Shown piece by piece: positions 6,563 to 16,554 of a stretch of 64,000 nt of DNA. The notes under the pieces were generated by a model. The model worked only from the letters and a program-made list of their open reading frames with translations. It did not search any database and was not told where the DNA came from. This DNA comes from Blastocatellia bacterium (GTDB lineage: Bacteria; Acidobacteriota; Blastocatellia; RBC074): positions 9,638-73,637 of the forward strand of contig JAEUQN010000008.1 of the NCBI GenBank assembly GCA_016789725.1, read 5' to 3'. Made by a program: the position numbers and the translations under genes. How positions within the stretch are numbered: the first letter of the stretch is position 1; the number at the start of each line of letters is the position of its first letter.

Positions 6563-9145
6563 TTAGCGCAAATGGATTCTGACCGGGTTAGCCGCTTTGC
6601 CATCCACGGTCAACACGACATCCACTTCGCCTCGCCCAGACAAGCTACGCGGGAGTTTGATATTGACTTGATCCAAACCGACAAAAGTGGGCTGTGCGCT
6701 CGCAAACGTCACGGGCACGGCTTCGCCGCCGACAGTGACTGCGACATTCGCCAAGCCGCTGTGATTGCGAATGCCAGTGCCATACAACTCCACAAACACT
6801 TCATCGGCGGAGTTCAGGTCTATCGGGCGCGGCACGCAATTCTGTCCGTTGGCATCGCACGCCGTGTTTGGCTCGGAGCGCCTATTCGTGCCACTCACAA
6901 ACACGATGTTGGCGGCAGCGGCTCCGCGTCCGTTTTGATTCGCGGCAAACAAGCCGGGCGCGACGGCGGCGATTTGCACCTTGCCGAAAGCGGAGCTGCC
7001 ATCGCCACTCACAATGATGATCGTCGCTTCGCCGATTGCCGTGCTGGATCGGATTTGATAGTTGACTTGTGTCGGAGAAACATAAAAAAGCAGGGCGCGG
7101 GTTTCTGCGCCGGTGCTGTCGCGCACAAAGACGCGCGTGCCTTGAATTCCTACCGGCAGCGATGGTGGCGTGGCGGCGAGCGTATCAATCGCCAGCGCCG
7201 TCCCAAAGGCCGAAACGATGGAGTCACGCGCCAACACGGGTTCGGTGCTATAACTGGCGGCAGAGACATTCGCCAAATTGGCTGGTTGCAATTGTGGGTT
7301 GGTGGCGGCGTAAACCCCGCGCCCGTTCGTGCCTGCCAACACGGTTTCGCCTTTCACGGCGATGGCGTTAATCGTGCGTGTAGGCAAGCCTGCATTGAAG
7401 GGCGTCCAGTTGCTCCCATTCGTGGAAAAACAGACGCCATCGTTGAAAGCCGAGGCATAGAGCGCGTTGCTGCTAAAGGCGAATCCACTCATCGCCAGGT
7501 AAGACTGCGAGGTGGTAAAGCTCTGCCCATCGTTGGTGGAGAAAATGACCCGAGCGTTCCCGCTCACGGCTCCGGTAAAGTAGACACTGTTACCGCGCGT
7601 GGCGATAGCCGCTGTTCCACCGAGCGTGACGCCGAGATTGACAGGCGCGAAGGTTGCCCCGCCATCCGTCGAGCGCAACAAGCTGGTGTTCGTTAGGGCG
7701 TAGACACTAGCCCCGTTGGCTGCCAGACGAGTGGTCGCCGATAGCAGGGGTGGATCGCCTTGCCACGTCCGCGACCAAGCCTCGCCACTGGCGTCCAGCT
7801 TGTAAAGAAAGGCTGCCGAGAGCGCGTAAACATCCGTCTCGCTCGCCGTCAAATCGGTAATGGGCGGAGAGGTTCCAGGCAGTCCGTTGTTGAATGGAAT
7901 CCAGTTGGCCCCGTTATCAATAGAGCGGTAAATGCCGCCACTGCTGGCCGCATAAACTGTGTTTCCTTTTACCGCCAAAATCGAAACGGGGAACAAGCGT
8001 CCGCCCTCGCTACTCAGTCCAACACCACGCACCCAGCTTTGCCCCTCGTCAGTAGAGCGATAAAGACCGCTGGCATTGGCGCTGGCGATGATGGCGTTGC
8101 CGCTGACCGCGAGCGCATTGACACTCGCTGCCGTCAAGCCACTGTTGCTGGCTGTCCAGCGTTGCCCGTCTAGCGCATAAACGCCGCCTGTTGTGCCCAG
8201 CAACGTCGCGCCGCTCCCGCGCCAAAGGAAGTTGACGCCAACTCCATCCGGCAACCCACTGTTCCCTAAATATTCGCTCCACGCTTGCCCCTCGAAAACA
8301 GCCGCCCCGAAAGCCGTCAGCGCATAGATGTTCGTCCCCTCAAAAGCGAGCCTGGAAACGCCTGGGAAACCGGTAGAACCAGCCAAGCGGAAGCTGATTG
8401 CATTGCCAACCGCCGCCCAACTTTGCCCGTTGTCGGTCGAACGATAAACCTGTGGCAGTTCCTGATTGGAAGCATCGCGGTAGAGATTCGTGCCAGCGTA
8501 CAGCACACCATTGTTAACGCTTAGCGAGAGAACGATAGGCAAGGCGTTATTTGGCAATCCGGCACTCACGGCTGTCCAGTTCTGCCCCTGATCAGTCGAG
8601 CGAAAAACGCCGCGCGAGGTTCCGGCAAAAAGCGATTCGCCCAACGTAGCCAGTGCTTGGATGGATGGGCGATTTGTGATGATGCCGCGTTCTACCCAGC
8701 TTTGCCCCTGATCGGTGGAACGATAGACGCCACCTGCACCGTTCGCAAAGACCACGCCGTTGCTTACTTCCAGCGCGCGTACGACCTGATTCCTGCCCAC
8801 AGCGGTCATCGTCCAACTTTGTCCGCCATCTGTAGAACGATAGACGCTGTTGTTGGTCGCGGCCAGTACGGCTCCACCCACCGTCGCCAGCGCGTTGATG
8901 ACCAGATTGCCCAATCCATTGCTGGCCGCGCGCCACGTCTTGCCGTTGTCGCTGGAAGTAAAAATGCCTGTCGTCGAAGTCCCGGCATAAATCACGCCAT
9001 CTTTTTCCAGCAGTGCATTCACTGTCCCACCTTCCAGCGGTGCAAGCGAGCGCCATTGATTCCCGCTCTGTGCGTGGGACAGGACTGTCAGATAAGACAG
9101 CAATAGCCATACGATCAGTCCATTAAGCCTACGTTTCTTCGCCAT
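6563..9145 (-). CDS. secreted multi-BNR/Asp-box beta-propeller protein with a TIGR03437-like (Solibacter-type) C-terminal domain
   Basis: A signal peptide is followed by at least 10 repeats of (Y/F)RSTD.GQSW. The C-terminal ~200 aa (APGLFAANQNGRGAAAA...YGTGIRN...VTVGG..VPVTFA.AQP.FVGLDQVNIKLPRSL.GRGEVDVVLTVDG) matches the uncharacterised Acidobacterial C-terminal domain. Confidence 0.8.
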   Translation of the reverse strand: MAKKRRLNGLIVWLLLSYLTVLSHAQSGNQWRSLAPLEGGTVNALLEKDGVIYAGTSTTGIFTSSDNGKTWRAASNGLGNLVINALATVGGAVLAATNNSVYRSTDGGQSWTMTAVGRNQVVRALEVSNGVVFANGAGGVYRSTDQGQSWVERGIITNRPSIQALATLGESLFAGTSRGVFRSTDQGQNWTAVSAGLPNNALPIVLSLSVNNGVLYAGTNLYRDASNQELPQVYRSTDNGQSWAAVGNAISFRLAGSTGFPGVSRLAFEGTNIYALTAFGAAVFEGQAWSEYLGNSGLPDGVGVNFLWRGSGATLLGTTGGVYALDGQRWTASNSGLTAASVNALAVSGNAIIASANASGLYRSTDEGQSWVRGVGLSSEGGRLFPVSILAVKGNTVYAASSGGIYRSIDNGANWIPFNNGLPGTSPPITDLTASETDVYALSAAFLYKLDASGEAWSRTWQGDPPLLSATTRLAANGASVYALTNTSLLRSTDGGATFAPVNLGVTLGGTAAIATRGNSVYFTGAVSGNARVIFSTNDGQSFTTSQSYLAMSGFAFSSNALYASAFNDGVCFSTNGSNWTPFNAGLPTRTINAIAVKGETVLAGTNGRGVYAATNPQLQPANLANVSAASYSTEPVLARDSIVSAFGTALAIDTLAATPPSLPVGIQGTRVFVRDSTGAETRALLFYVSPTQVNYQIRSSTAIGEATIIIVSGDGSSAFGKVQIAAVAPGLFAANQNGRGAAAANIVFVSGTNRRSEPNTACDANGQNCVPRPIDLNSADEVFVELYGTGIRNHSGLANVAVTVGGEAVPVTFASAQPTFVGLDQVNIKLPRSLSGRGEVDVVLTVDGKAANPVRIHLR

Positions 9146-9695
9146 AAAATTTCCCCCTTATCCTTCTCTCACTTCTTCAGGCGCGTTTGTCCTGTCTCAA
9201 CTGCTATCCCGCATGAATTTTTTGTATGCTGGATGTCCCATCGGTTGAGCTTCATTGTTTGGTGACGTACACTCCGCGCTGGGTACTTTGGCGGGGCGGT
9301 TTAATCTAATTCACAAGCGCGATAAGTTTTTTTGCCGGATCGTATTTTCCCCGTGAAATAGATTGAGCGTTTTTGCCATACCCATTTGGAACGTCACGCC
9401 ACAGAACAATTTGAGTAAAACTTTTTTGGCCGAAGGGTAAGCCGAAATCGATGGAGCTTTGTGCCATGCCGCATGCTGAATGTTGTCCAATCGCTTGCGG
9501 CATGGCTGGAACAGAAATACAAACCCAATGAGCTTTTCCCAAAGCGACTGGGTTTGTGTCTCTGGACATTTTCAGTTGTGCTGAATGTCAGGTGTACCAA
9601 TAGCGGAAACGCGCAGCAGAAGTCCTTACAAAATTCTGGGAATCGGCAAACACAGGCAAAAAGTTCTTACCAAATTCTTACAGTGAGGTAAGACG

Positions 9696-11165
9696 ATGAC
9701 AGACCCGCACATTTACGCTTTTGGCGCGTTCCAACTTGATGCCCAACAAAAGATTTTATTGCGCGACGGTGAACGCATACCACTCCATCCCAAAACTTAC
9801 GCAACGTTACTGGCCCTGCTGGAGCAGCGCGGCGCAGTCATCACCAAAGATGAACTGCTCGGAAAAGTCTGGCCCGGCACGTTTGTCGAAGAAAGCAGCC
9901 TGACGAAAAACATCTCAATCCTGCGCAAAGCCCTCAGTAACGGACACGACCATTCCGACTACATCGAAACGATTCCGACGATTGGCTATCGCTTTGTCGC
10001 AGAAGTTCGACAGCCCACGAATGGCGAAGCGGTGCCAATGACTGCTTCTGTTTTCGCCCCAGACGTAGCCGCCACAACGGAGAGGCTATCTAATGACGAA
10101 CCCGTTGCTGCTTCGCCTGTGCGGTCTCGTCGTTCCTGGCTCGTAGCCGCAGGCATTCTCAGTTTTGGTCTGGTGCTGTTGTTGCTCTGGAGCTTCCGTC
10201 ATCCACGTCAACCTAATGATGCAGATGCCGTACGCAAGCTGTATACAAGTGGTCGCGCGTTTTGGAACCAGCGCACGATAGAAGGCTTTCGGCAGGGTTT
10301 GACCTGTTTTGAGCAGGCTCTCACCATTGATCCCAAGTATGCCCCGGCGTGGGCGGGGGTGGCGGATTCGTGGAGTTTGTTGACGGAATACGACTTCGCT
10401 TCGGCTGACGAAGGCTATCCCAAAGCCAAGGCCGCTGCGTTGCGGGCATTAGAACTGGATGCCAACCTTGCGGAAGCTCACGCAACATTGGCCACGATTA
10501 AAGCCTATTACGAATGGGATTGGTCTGGCGCGGAAAGTTCTTTTCGGCGGGCGTTGGAGTTGCAGCCCAACTATGCCACCGCACATCAATGGTATGCCGA
10601 ATTTCTGGCTGGGCAGGAGCGCCCGCAAGACGCGCTGGCGGAAATTGCCCGCGCCTGCGAACTTGATTCTGATTCGTTGATTATTCACGCCACAGAAGCG
10701 CGCATTCATTCGATGGCACGCGACTATGATGGTGTGATCGCCAAGTGTCAGGAACTATTGCAGCACAATCCCAATTTTGCCGAAGTGTACTCGTACCTGG
10801 GAGCCGCCTATGAACACAAGCAGATGTTTCGAGAAGCAATGGATGCGTATGAGAAACGTAGCGTGATGATGGGGGACAACACGCCAACGGCATCGGCGCT
10901 GCGCACGTCCTCTATTCGAGATGTGCGTGATTACTGGGAAAAACGCTTACGCCTGGAAGAAGTCAAATTGTATGGCAGTCCGTTTGCTACCGCGCAGGCA
11001 TTGGCACAACTAGGAAAAGTCGAAGAAGCGATCACTTTGCTGGAACGAAGTTGCACCAAAGGTAATGCCAGCGTCGCTTTCTTAAAGATCAACCCCAATT
11101 ACGATTCATTACGCGGCCATCCGCGCTTCCAATCCTTGCTACGGCGTGCGCATCTGATGCCGTAA
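9696..11165 (+). CDS. membrane-anchored winged-helix (OmpR/PhoB-type, CadC-like) transcriptional regulator with a TPR domain
   Basis: The N-terminus FGAFQLD...L.RDGERIPL.PKTYATLLALLE..G.V..KDELL..VWP..FV.E..L...I..LRKAL...IETIP..GYRF is a trans_reg_C domain. The TM segment is WLVAAGILSFGLVLLLLW. The C-terminal half is TPR-like (AL.LDPN.A.A). Confidence 0.8.
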   Translation: MTDPHIYAFGAFQLDAQQKILLRDGERIPLHPKTYATLLALLEQRGAVITKDELLGKVWPGTFVEESSLTKNISILRKALSNGHDHSDYIETIPTIGYRFVAEVRQPTNGEAVPMTASVFAPDVAATTERLSNDEPVAASPVRSRRSWLVAAGILSFGLVLLLLWSFRHPRQPNDADAVRKLYTSGRAFWNQRTIEGFRQGLTCFEQALTIDPKYAPAWAGVADSWSLLTEYDFASADEGYPKAKAAALRALELDANLAEAHATLATIKAYYEWDWSGAESSFRRALELQPNYATAHQWYAEFLAGQERPQDALAEIARACELDSDSLIIHATEARIHSMARDYDGVIAKCQELLQHNPNFAEVYSYLGAAYEHKQMFREAMDAYEKRSVMMGDNTPTASALRTSSIRDVRDYWEKRLRLEEVKLYGSPFATAQALAQLGKVEEAITLLERSCTKGNASVAFLKINPNYDSLRGHPRFQSLLRRAHLMP

Positions 11166-11348
11166 TGGTTTTTAGTTCCGCTCACAAGTTGCCATCCGCA
11201 CATACATCATCGGCACTTGTCACATCGGACAATACTCCGCCTGCAAATCTTCCAGCGCGAAATTGTGCTACACGCGAAAGCCGAGCGGCGCGCGCGCCAG
11301 TGGGGAATGAATGCAGTGGATGGGTGACGCAGGTCGTGGTAACACCGC

Positions 11349-12893
11349 TCACGGCTTAATCAGCTTCGTCGCATCCATCCCCGCATTGATTTTGTATTCA
11401 CGCATGACCACCACGCCTTTCTGTCCATTGCCGTTGATGGTCGCTTTGAAAGGGAGCTTGATGCCGTCTACCGTGCGCCAATCTTCATACAGAACATCAT
11501 CTCCGCTTGTTTGTACGCTCCGGCTGAGCAAATGTGTTTGTTGATCGAAGCTGAGAAAATACTGATGGGAATCAATCAGCAAGACCACCATATCAACTGG
11601 CTTTCCATTTAGCTCACGTTCCCCTAGCGCCAACACCTCTCCCGTTTTTCCGGGGAATCCCTGCAATGTGAACAGCCACCATACCTGCTGCCACCAACCA
11701 AGGTATTGCTGTGGTGATGCTGTCGTTGTTCTGTCACTCCTTTGTACCCAAACGCTTTTGCCATCCGAAACGGTCAGTCTCGTTTGTGCCGGATTTTCGT
11801 AGATCATTTCTTGTCGGAATTGAAGCTGCGAGGAAAGGAAAAGTTTATTGGAAGCTACCCCAGTACTTTCTGTCAGCGTAGAGTTGAATTGCACATCACG
11901 AATGGCTTTGAGTTTTTCCAATCCACCCTTGGCGGCATACGCCGCCGATAAAATTTGTGCGGCACGCGTTTTGGCTTCATCAAGGTTGAGCTTTTTAAAG
12001 CGTCCCTCGCCCGCCGGAGTCTTAATGATCAACTCGCTTATATTGCCTTTGTCATCCTTGACGAACGTCGAACTGCCCGCCATGCCTCTGGGAAAAAATT
12101 CATTTTCGGAAAGTGGCTGAATGACATTTTTTCTGAAGCCCGCATCCAGCGTTAACTTGCCTGCCTCAAGCGCCACGATGAGCAAAGCCCCATTGCGGCT
12201 CACGTAATAGCCGGTCAGCGTCGCATAAATCGCGGGATCAATCGCCACCGGTTTGCGAATCGGATTGGCCCCGCCTTCAAAATCGAGATTTAGTGGTTGG
12301 GGCGGCAACTTGGCATTCGCCAGCCCACTGTTATTGCGCGCCTGATTTATCGCTTCGGGCGAAAGTGTATTTGTCACCGCAACGTCATTGCCGACGATCT
12401 CCAGGCTAAAATCATCCACCCAAATGGTTCCCTGATTGAACGACATCACACCGAACACCATCGCCACCACATCGTCCGGCACATCCAGCACCAAATCATA
12501 TTTCTGCCAATCCGTAATGCCTTTGATCGGACGGTTGCCCATATTGTCAAAGCCGGGCATTCGCGTTGGTGCGTCTAGTCGGAACCAGAGCTGCGCGTGA
12601 CTGTCGGGCGATTTCGTTTTGACCCAGGCCGACAGTCGAACCCGCTTGCCACGATAGGCATCGGCTTTGATCGTTTGATTGAAAGTGACGAACCCTGCAT
12701 ACATCTCTGCGATAAAATCAATGCGCGTGCTTGCTTTGCCCGCGTGTTTGACCTTCTCATCTACGACGATCTCAAAGTCCTGCGGTTTAGAACCTATCAC
12801 TTGCCAATGCAGCGGCGCGCCATCCTGGGCGAACGCAAATGGCGCGCTCAAACAAGCAATCAATAACGCCAAAATGTTCGTTGTTTTGTTCAT
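11349..12893 (-). CDS. secreted protein of unknown function (N-terminal CBM-like beta-sandwich, C-terminal LolA/lipoprotein-sorting-like region), operonic with the TonB receptor
   Basis: Signal peptide MNKTTNILALLIACLSAPFAFAQ follows the ATG at 12893, which sits 16 nt after the receptor stop with a GGAAGGA SD. GTIWVDDFSLEIV resembles carbohydrate-binding-module ends. Function is not established. Confidence 0.6.
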   Translation of the reverse strand: MNKTTNILALLIACLSAPFAFAQDGAPLHWQVIGSKPQDFEIVVDEKVKHAGKASTRIDFIAEMYAGFVTFNQTIKADAYRGKRVRLSAWVKTKSPDSHAQLWFRLDAPTRMPGFDNMGNRPIKGITDWQKYDLVLDVPDDVVAMVFGVMSFNQGTIWVDDFSLEIVGNDVAVTNTLSPEAINQARNNSGLANAKLPPQPLNLDFEGGANPIRKPVAIDPAIYATLTGYYVSRNGALLIVALEAGKLTLDAGFRKNVIQPLSENEFFPRGMAGSSTFVKDDKGNISELIIKTPAGEGRFKKLNLDEAKTRAAQILSAAYAAKGGLEKLKAIRDVQFNSTLTESTGVASNKLFLSSQLQFRQEMIYENPAQTRLTVSDGKSVWVQRSDRTTTASPQQYLGWWQQVWWLFTLQGFPGKTGEVLALGERELNGKPVDMVVLLIDSHQYFLSFDQQTHLLSRSVQTSGDDVLYEDWRTVDGIKLPFKATINGNGQKGVVVMREYKINAGMDATKLIKP

Positions 12894-12909
12894 GGTTGGT
12901 CCTTCCAAT

Positions 12910-15900
12910 TTAAAAATTGACTCGCAAGGCAAATTGAATTTGGCGGTTGGGGCTGAACGATCCAGTGATGCGCCCAAAGTTGGTCGCCGTTGCTGTACCG
13001 ATTGGAGTCGAGAAGATGGTGTTATTGAGCAATTGGAAAAAGTCCGCGCGAAATTCCAGTTTACCTGCTTCGCCTATCCACCGCAGCGGTATTCGCTTAG
13101 CTACTGCTAAATCCCAGCGGAACTGATTGGGGCCACGAAAGACGCTGCGCCCGCTGGTTCCCATCAATCGTCCACTGCCGCCAGGGCTGATGGTGTAGGT
13201 TTGATCGCCGGGGCCTTCGACCGGGGAAAGCGGGCCAAAGCTGGTTCCTGCAGTGAGCAGCGGTGAGGTTTGTACGCAGGCAAAATTCAGATAGCCATCC
13301 AATCGTTCTTTGGTGCTGCCTTTCGTATATAAATCACACCCCGGAATCAGACTGGCGCGTCCGCCTGAACCAGACAATGAGGAAGTGCCGATGCTTTGAA
13401 ACACGCTGCCCGGAAAACCCGATTGCCAAATTGTCATGCCGCTCAGCGACCAATCGCCGAGCACATATTTGAGCAGGTTCTGACGCGGCGTGGGAAGGTC
13501 ATAGACATAGGTCAAAATCAGACGATGCTTGATGTCATGCTCCGATAGTCCCTTGTTCAGTTGAGGCAGAAATTGATTGTGATTCACTGTGCCAATATCG
13601 AAATCAATCCCAGCAGAATTATTATCCATTGACTTTGAGAAGGTGTAGGCCGCTTTTAGAAACAGGCCCCGCGAAAAGCGCCGATTGACTGTCAGCAGGA
13701 GTGCGTTGTAGGTGGAACTGCCCGCGCCGGTAATCATTCCAATTCCTGAGGTAGAAAAGCCTACAATCGGTACCCTGGCATCACGATTGACGGATGCGTT
13801 GGTTGTCAGGCCCAGTGCGCCAGGGTTGTTCGCATTGCGCAGCAACGCATTGTTGATAACCTGTGCATTGTAAAGCTTGATTGTGTGCGAACCGAGGTAG
13901 CCTAATTCTAAGGTCCAGTTCGGCAGAAATTCATATTGCGTCGTCAGGTTCCATTGCTGTGAATAAGGTGTGCGCAAATTGCGATCAAACGCGATGACGC
14001 TCAAAGTCAGGCGATCAAAGATCGGCGCACCGCTGGCAGCAAATCCCGTTAATCGGGGCGGCGTTGGCAAAATCGGAAAATCGCTGGGCAAAGCCAGTGT
14101 CGGAAACGGGTTTTTGAGAATGCCATAGCCAAAGGAACCTGTTTGCGAGAACTGCTGATAATACGGCGGCTGGCTAGTAAGTTGTAACGTTGGAATCGCA
14201 GAAACACGAATAAAATACAGGCCATACCCGCTTCTAATCGCTAGTTTGCCGTTGCCTAATATGCCCCAGGCAAACCCCACACGCGGAGCAAAGTTGTTTT
14301 TGTCTTCGCCAAAAAGGGTAGTGTTTTTCACTCCTGGCGTTCCGAAGCTGGGCAAGTCTTCAGGCGCAATAAATCCTTTGAGTAGCCCTGTGCCTCCTGT
14401 GAGTCTCGCCTCCGCCGGAACCAACGACGGATCGAAATTCCCCAACTTATTCCGCTTTTCGCTGACATTGCCAAGGAAGTCATAGCGCAACCCCAGATTC
14501 ACCGTCAGCCTGCGCGCGAAGCGATAATCATCCTGAAAAAATGCTGCGCGATCTACGGCACGGAAAGCGCGATCCGGTGTGCCACTGGCAATAAACATGC
14601 TGATTGGCGCGCCTACCAGAAAATCACGGATGGATAAATCATCTATGCCTGCGGGTGGCTTGCCATACCGTTGCGAGGCGAACGTGTTGGAAAACGATAG
14701 GCTGCCTTGTTGCCCATAAAACTGCGCGTAGTTGAATTGATAAAAGCGTAACTCTCCGCCGATACGCAAACTATGCCGTCCTTTCAAATACGTCACCATA
14801 TCGCGGATCGTCACCGAAGGCGTATGTTGACGTGGGCCGGCATTGAGATTCGGCCCCAAGCCGCCAAGCTGATCAACAAAACTGAAGCTGGGAATTTTGT
14901 CGAAGACACTTTGATTGAATCGTGTCATCCCGATTTGTTGCACGGTGGGAGCATTGACGCCGTTGTTGCCATCAGTAATGTTGATTGTCGTGCCGAGCGT
15001 CAATTCATTCAGCAACTGCGAATTAAAGGTGTGCGTATCGCTGATGGCATAGCTATTGTAGCTGGAATCAAACACTGATCCCGAACTAAACCCGGCGTTG
15101 CCACCGATGGGATTGCGGGAACGGTTGTTGCTAAAAAACGCTGTACCTGTGAGGTGGTTAATGTCGTCTCCTAATTTGAATTCATGATCCAGTCGTGTCG
15201 TTCCCTGATCCGAATCAAAAACAGAGCTGGTAGCAAATACAAACCGCCCTTGTTTGCCGACGGCTGTGCCTGTTCCGCTGGGCATTAACAGACCGTTGAA
15301 TGGGCCGGGCAAGTTCAAGAGATTAACTGCCACTGGATCAATTGCCGCGAGAGGCAAGCCGAACGCCGTCGCCAGCGTAGCCGCATCACGCTTTTCCGGC
15401 AGCACCGGCATAAAGCCTGAAAGCGAGGCGATGTTACGTTGTCGTGAGCCTTCATAATTCACAAACCAAAAACTTCGTTGCCCCGGAAATGCCCCGCCCA
15501 GCGATGCGCCAAAATGATTGCGGAGCAAAAAGGGCTTGGGCTGATTGGCACGATTGGAAAAGAAGCTGTTGGCCGCGAGCGCACTATCGCGGTGATACCA
15601 GAGCAAGTTGCCGTGCAATTTGCTGGTTCCGGCCCGCGTCATCAACGTAATATTGGCACCGGAACCGCGCCCGGTTGTCGCGTCATATAAACTCGTCTGG
15701 GTGCGAAATTCCTGCACCGCGTCGGGATTCGGCGTCGGCACACTGCCCAGACTGTTCCACTCAAAGTTATTTGCATCTACGCCATTCAGCACATAGTTAT
15801 TCATGGTACTGCGATTACCTGCGACGAAGAGGATCGTCGTGCCTTGCACGGAAACAACGCCTGCATCGGTTGCCAGCAATTGTAACGGATTGCGTGTGTT

Positions 15901-16341
15901 GAGCGGCAGCGAGGAAATGACTCTGGCCGTGAGCGTATTGCCGAGTGTGGGATTGGTGGTTTGTACAGGCTGCGAATCGCTGGTGACGGTAATCGCTTCA
16001 TTGGTTGTGCCAATAGCTAACTGCACATTCGCAACGGCAGTTTCTGTTACATTCACCGTAAGGTTCTCAACTACGCGGCGCTGGAATCCATTGGCTTCGA
16101 CCATAACTTGATAGCCCTCTGCCGGTTGTATCAAGGGAAACACAAAAGTTCCATCGCCAAGCGTCGTAGTCTTACGCTGCATAGCAAACGTTGGATTCAT
16201 TAAGGTCACCACTGCCCCGACAATCACGGCTTTGTTGGGATCAAGGACAGTTCCTTGGATCGCACCAGTCGCTTGGCTGACCTGTGCGATGGTTGCAAAA
16301 GAATAGAAGAAAAGGAAGAGAAGAATAGCTACTGTTTTCAT
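12910..16341 (-). CDS. TonB-dependent outer-membrane receptor with an N-terminal carboxypeptidase-regulatory-like domain
   Basis: 1143 aa with a signal peptide. The CarboxypepD_reg region is G.IQGTVLDPN.AVI.GA.VTL.N......T....G.F.F. A plug-like region and a long beta-barrel follow, and the protein ends ...QFALRVNF with a terminal aromatic residue. Confidence 0.85.
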   Translation of the reverse strand: MKTVAILLFLFFYSFATIAQVSQATGAIQGTVLDPNKAVIVGAVVTLMNPTFAMQRKTTTLGDGTFVFPLIQPAEGYQVMVEANGFQRRVVENLTVNVTETAVANVQLAIGTTNEAITVTSDSQPVQTTNPTLGNTLTARVISSLPLNTRNPLQLLATDAGVVSVQGTTILFVAGNRSTMNNYVLNGVDANNFEWNSLGSVPTPNPDAVQEFRTQTSLYDATTGRGSGANITLMTRAGTSKLHGNLLWYHRDSALAANSFFSNRANQPKPFLLRNHFGASLGGAFPGQRSFWFVNYEGSRQRNIASLSGFMPVLPEKRDAATLATAFGLPLAAIDPVAVNLLNLPGPFNGLLMPSGTGTAVGKQGRFVFATSSVFDSDQGTTRLDHEFKLGDDINHLTGTAFFSNNRSRNPIGGNAGFSSGSVFDSSYNSYAISDTHTFNSQLLNELTLGTTINITDGNNGVNAPTVQQIGMTRFNQSVFDKIPSFSFVDQLGGLGPNLNAGPRQHTPSVTIRDMVTYLKGRHSLRIGGELRFYQFNYAQFYGQQGSLSFSNTFASQRYGKPPAGIDDLSIRDFLVGAPISMFIASGTPDRAFRAVDRAAFFQDDYRFARRLTVNLGLRYDFLGNVSEKRNKLGNFDPSLVPAEARLTGGTGLLKGFIAPEDLPSFGTPGVKNTTLFGEDKNNFAPRVGFAWGILGNGKLAIRSGYGLYFIRVSAIPTLQLTSQPPYYQQFSQTGSFGYGILKNPFPTLALPSDFPILPTPPRLTGFAASGAPIFDRLTLSVIAFDRNLRTPYSQQWNLTTQYEFLPNWTLELGYLGSHTIKLYNAQVINNALLRNANNPGALGLTTNASVNRDARVPIVGFSTSGIGMITGAGSSTYNALLLTVNRRFSRGLFLKAAYTFSKSMDNNSAGIDFDIGTVNHNQFLPQLNKGLSEHDIKHRLILTYVYDLPTPRQNLLKYVLGDWSLSGMTIWQSGFPGSVFQSIGTSSLSGSGGRASLIPGCDLYTKGSTKERLDGYLNFACVQTSPLLTAGTSFGPLSPVEGPGDQTYTISPGGSGRLMGTSGRSVFRGPNQFRWDLAVAKRIPLRWIGEAGKLEFRADFFQLLNNTIFSTPIGTATATNFGRITGSFSPNRQIQFALRVNF

Positions 16342-16554
16342 GATGAACCTCCTGATGGGGAATCTTTTTTTTCGACCTCATATCTTCAGGCGGCAAACAA
16401 ACACAAAACCTGCCATGCCCTGTGAAATATTTTGCGACTTTTCTACATATCAAAGTAGAGGATTTTGAAAAGCGTGCTAATATCGCCGCGTTCATTATTT
16501 ATCCAATCCAATAGTAGTATCCAGATCGTAGCTTACGGCTTGTGAGGTCTATCC

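Noticed and set aside
9306-9569. An 87-aa minus-strand ORF in the 550-nt gap between the BNR protein gene and the winged-helix regulator.
   Set aside because: It has no SD and no recognisable motif, and it overlaps other short ORFs. It cannot be supported without homology or expression data.
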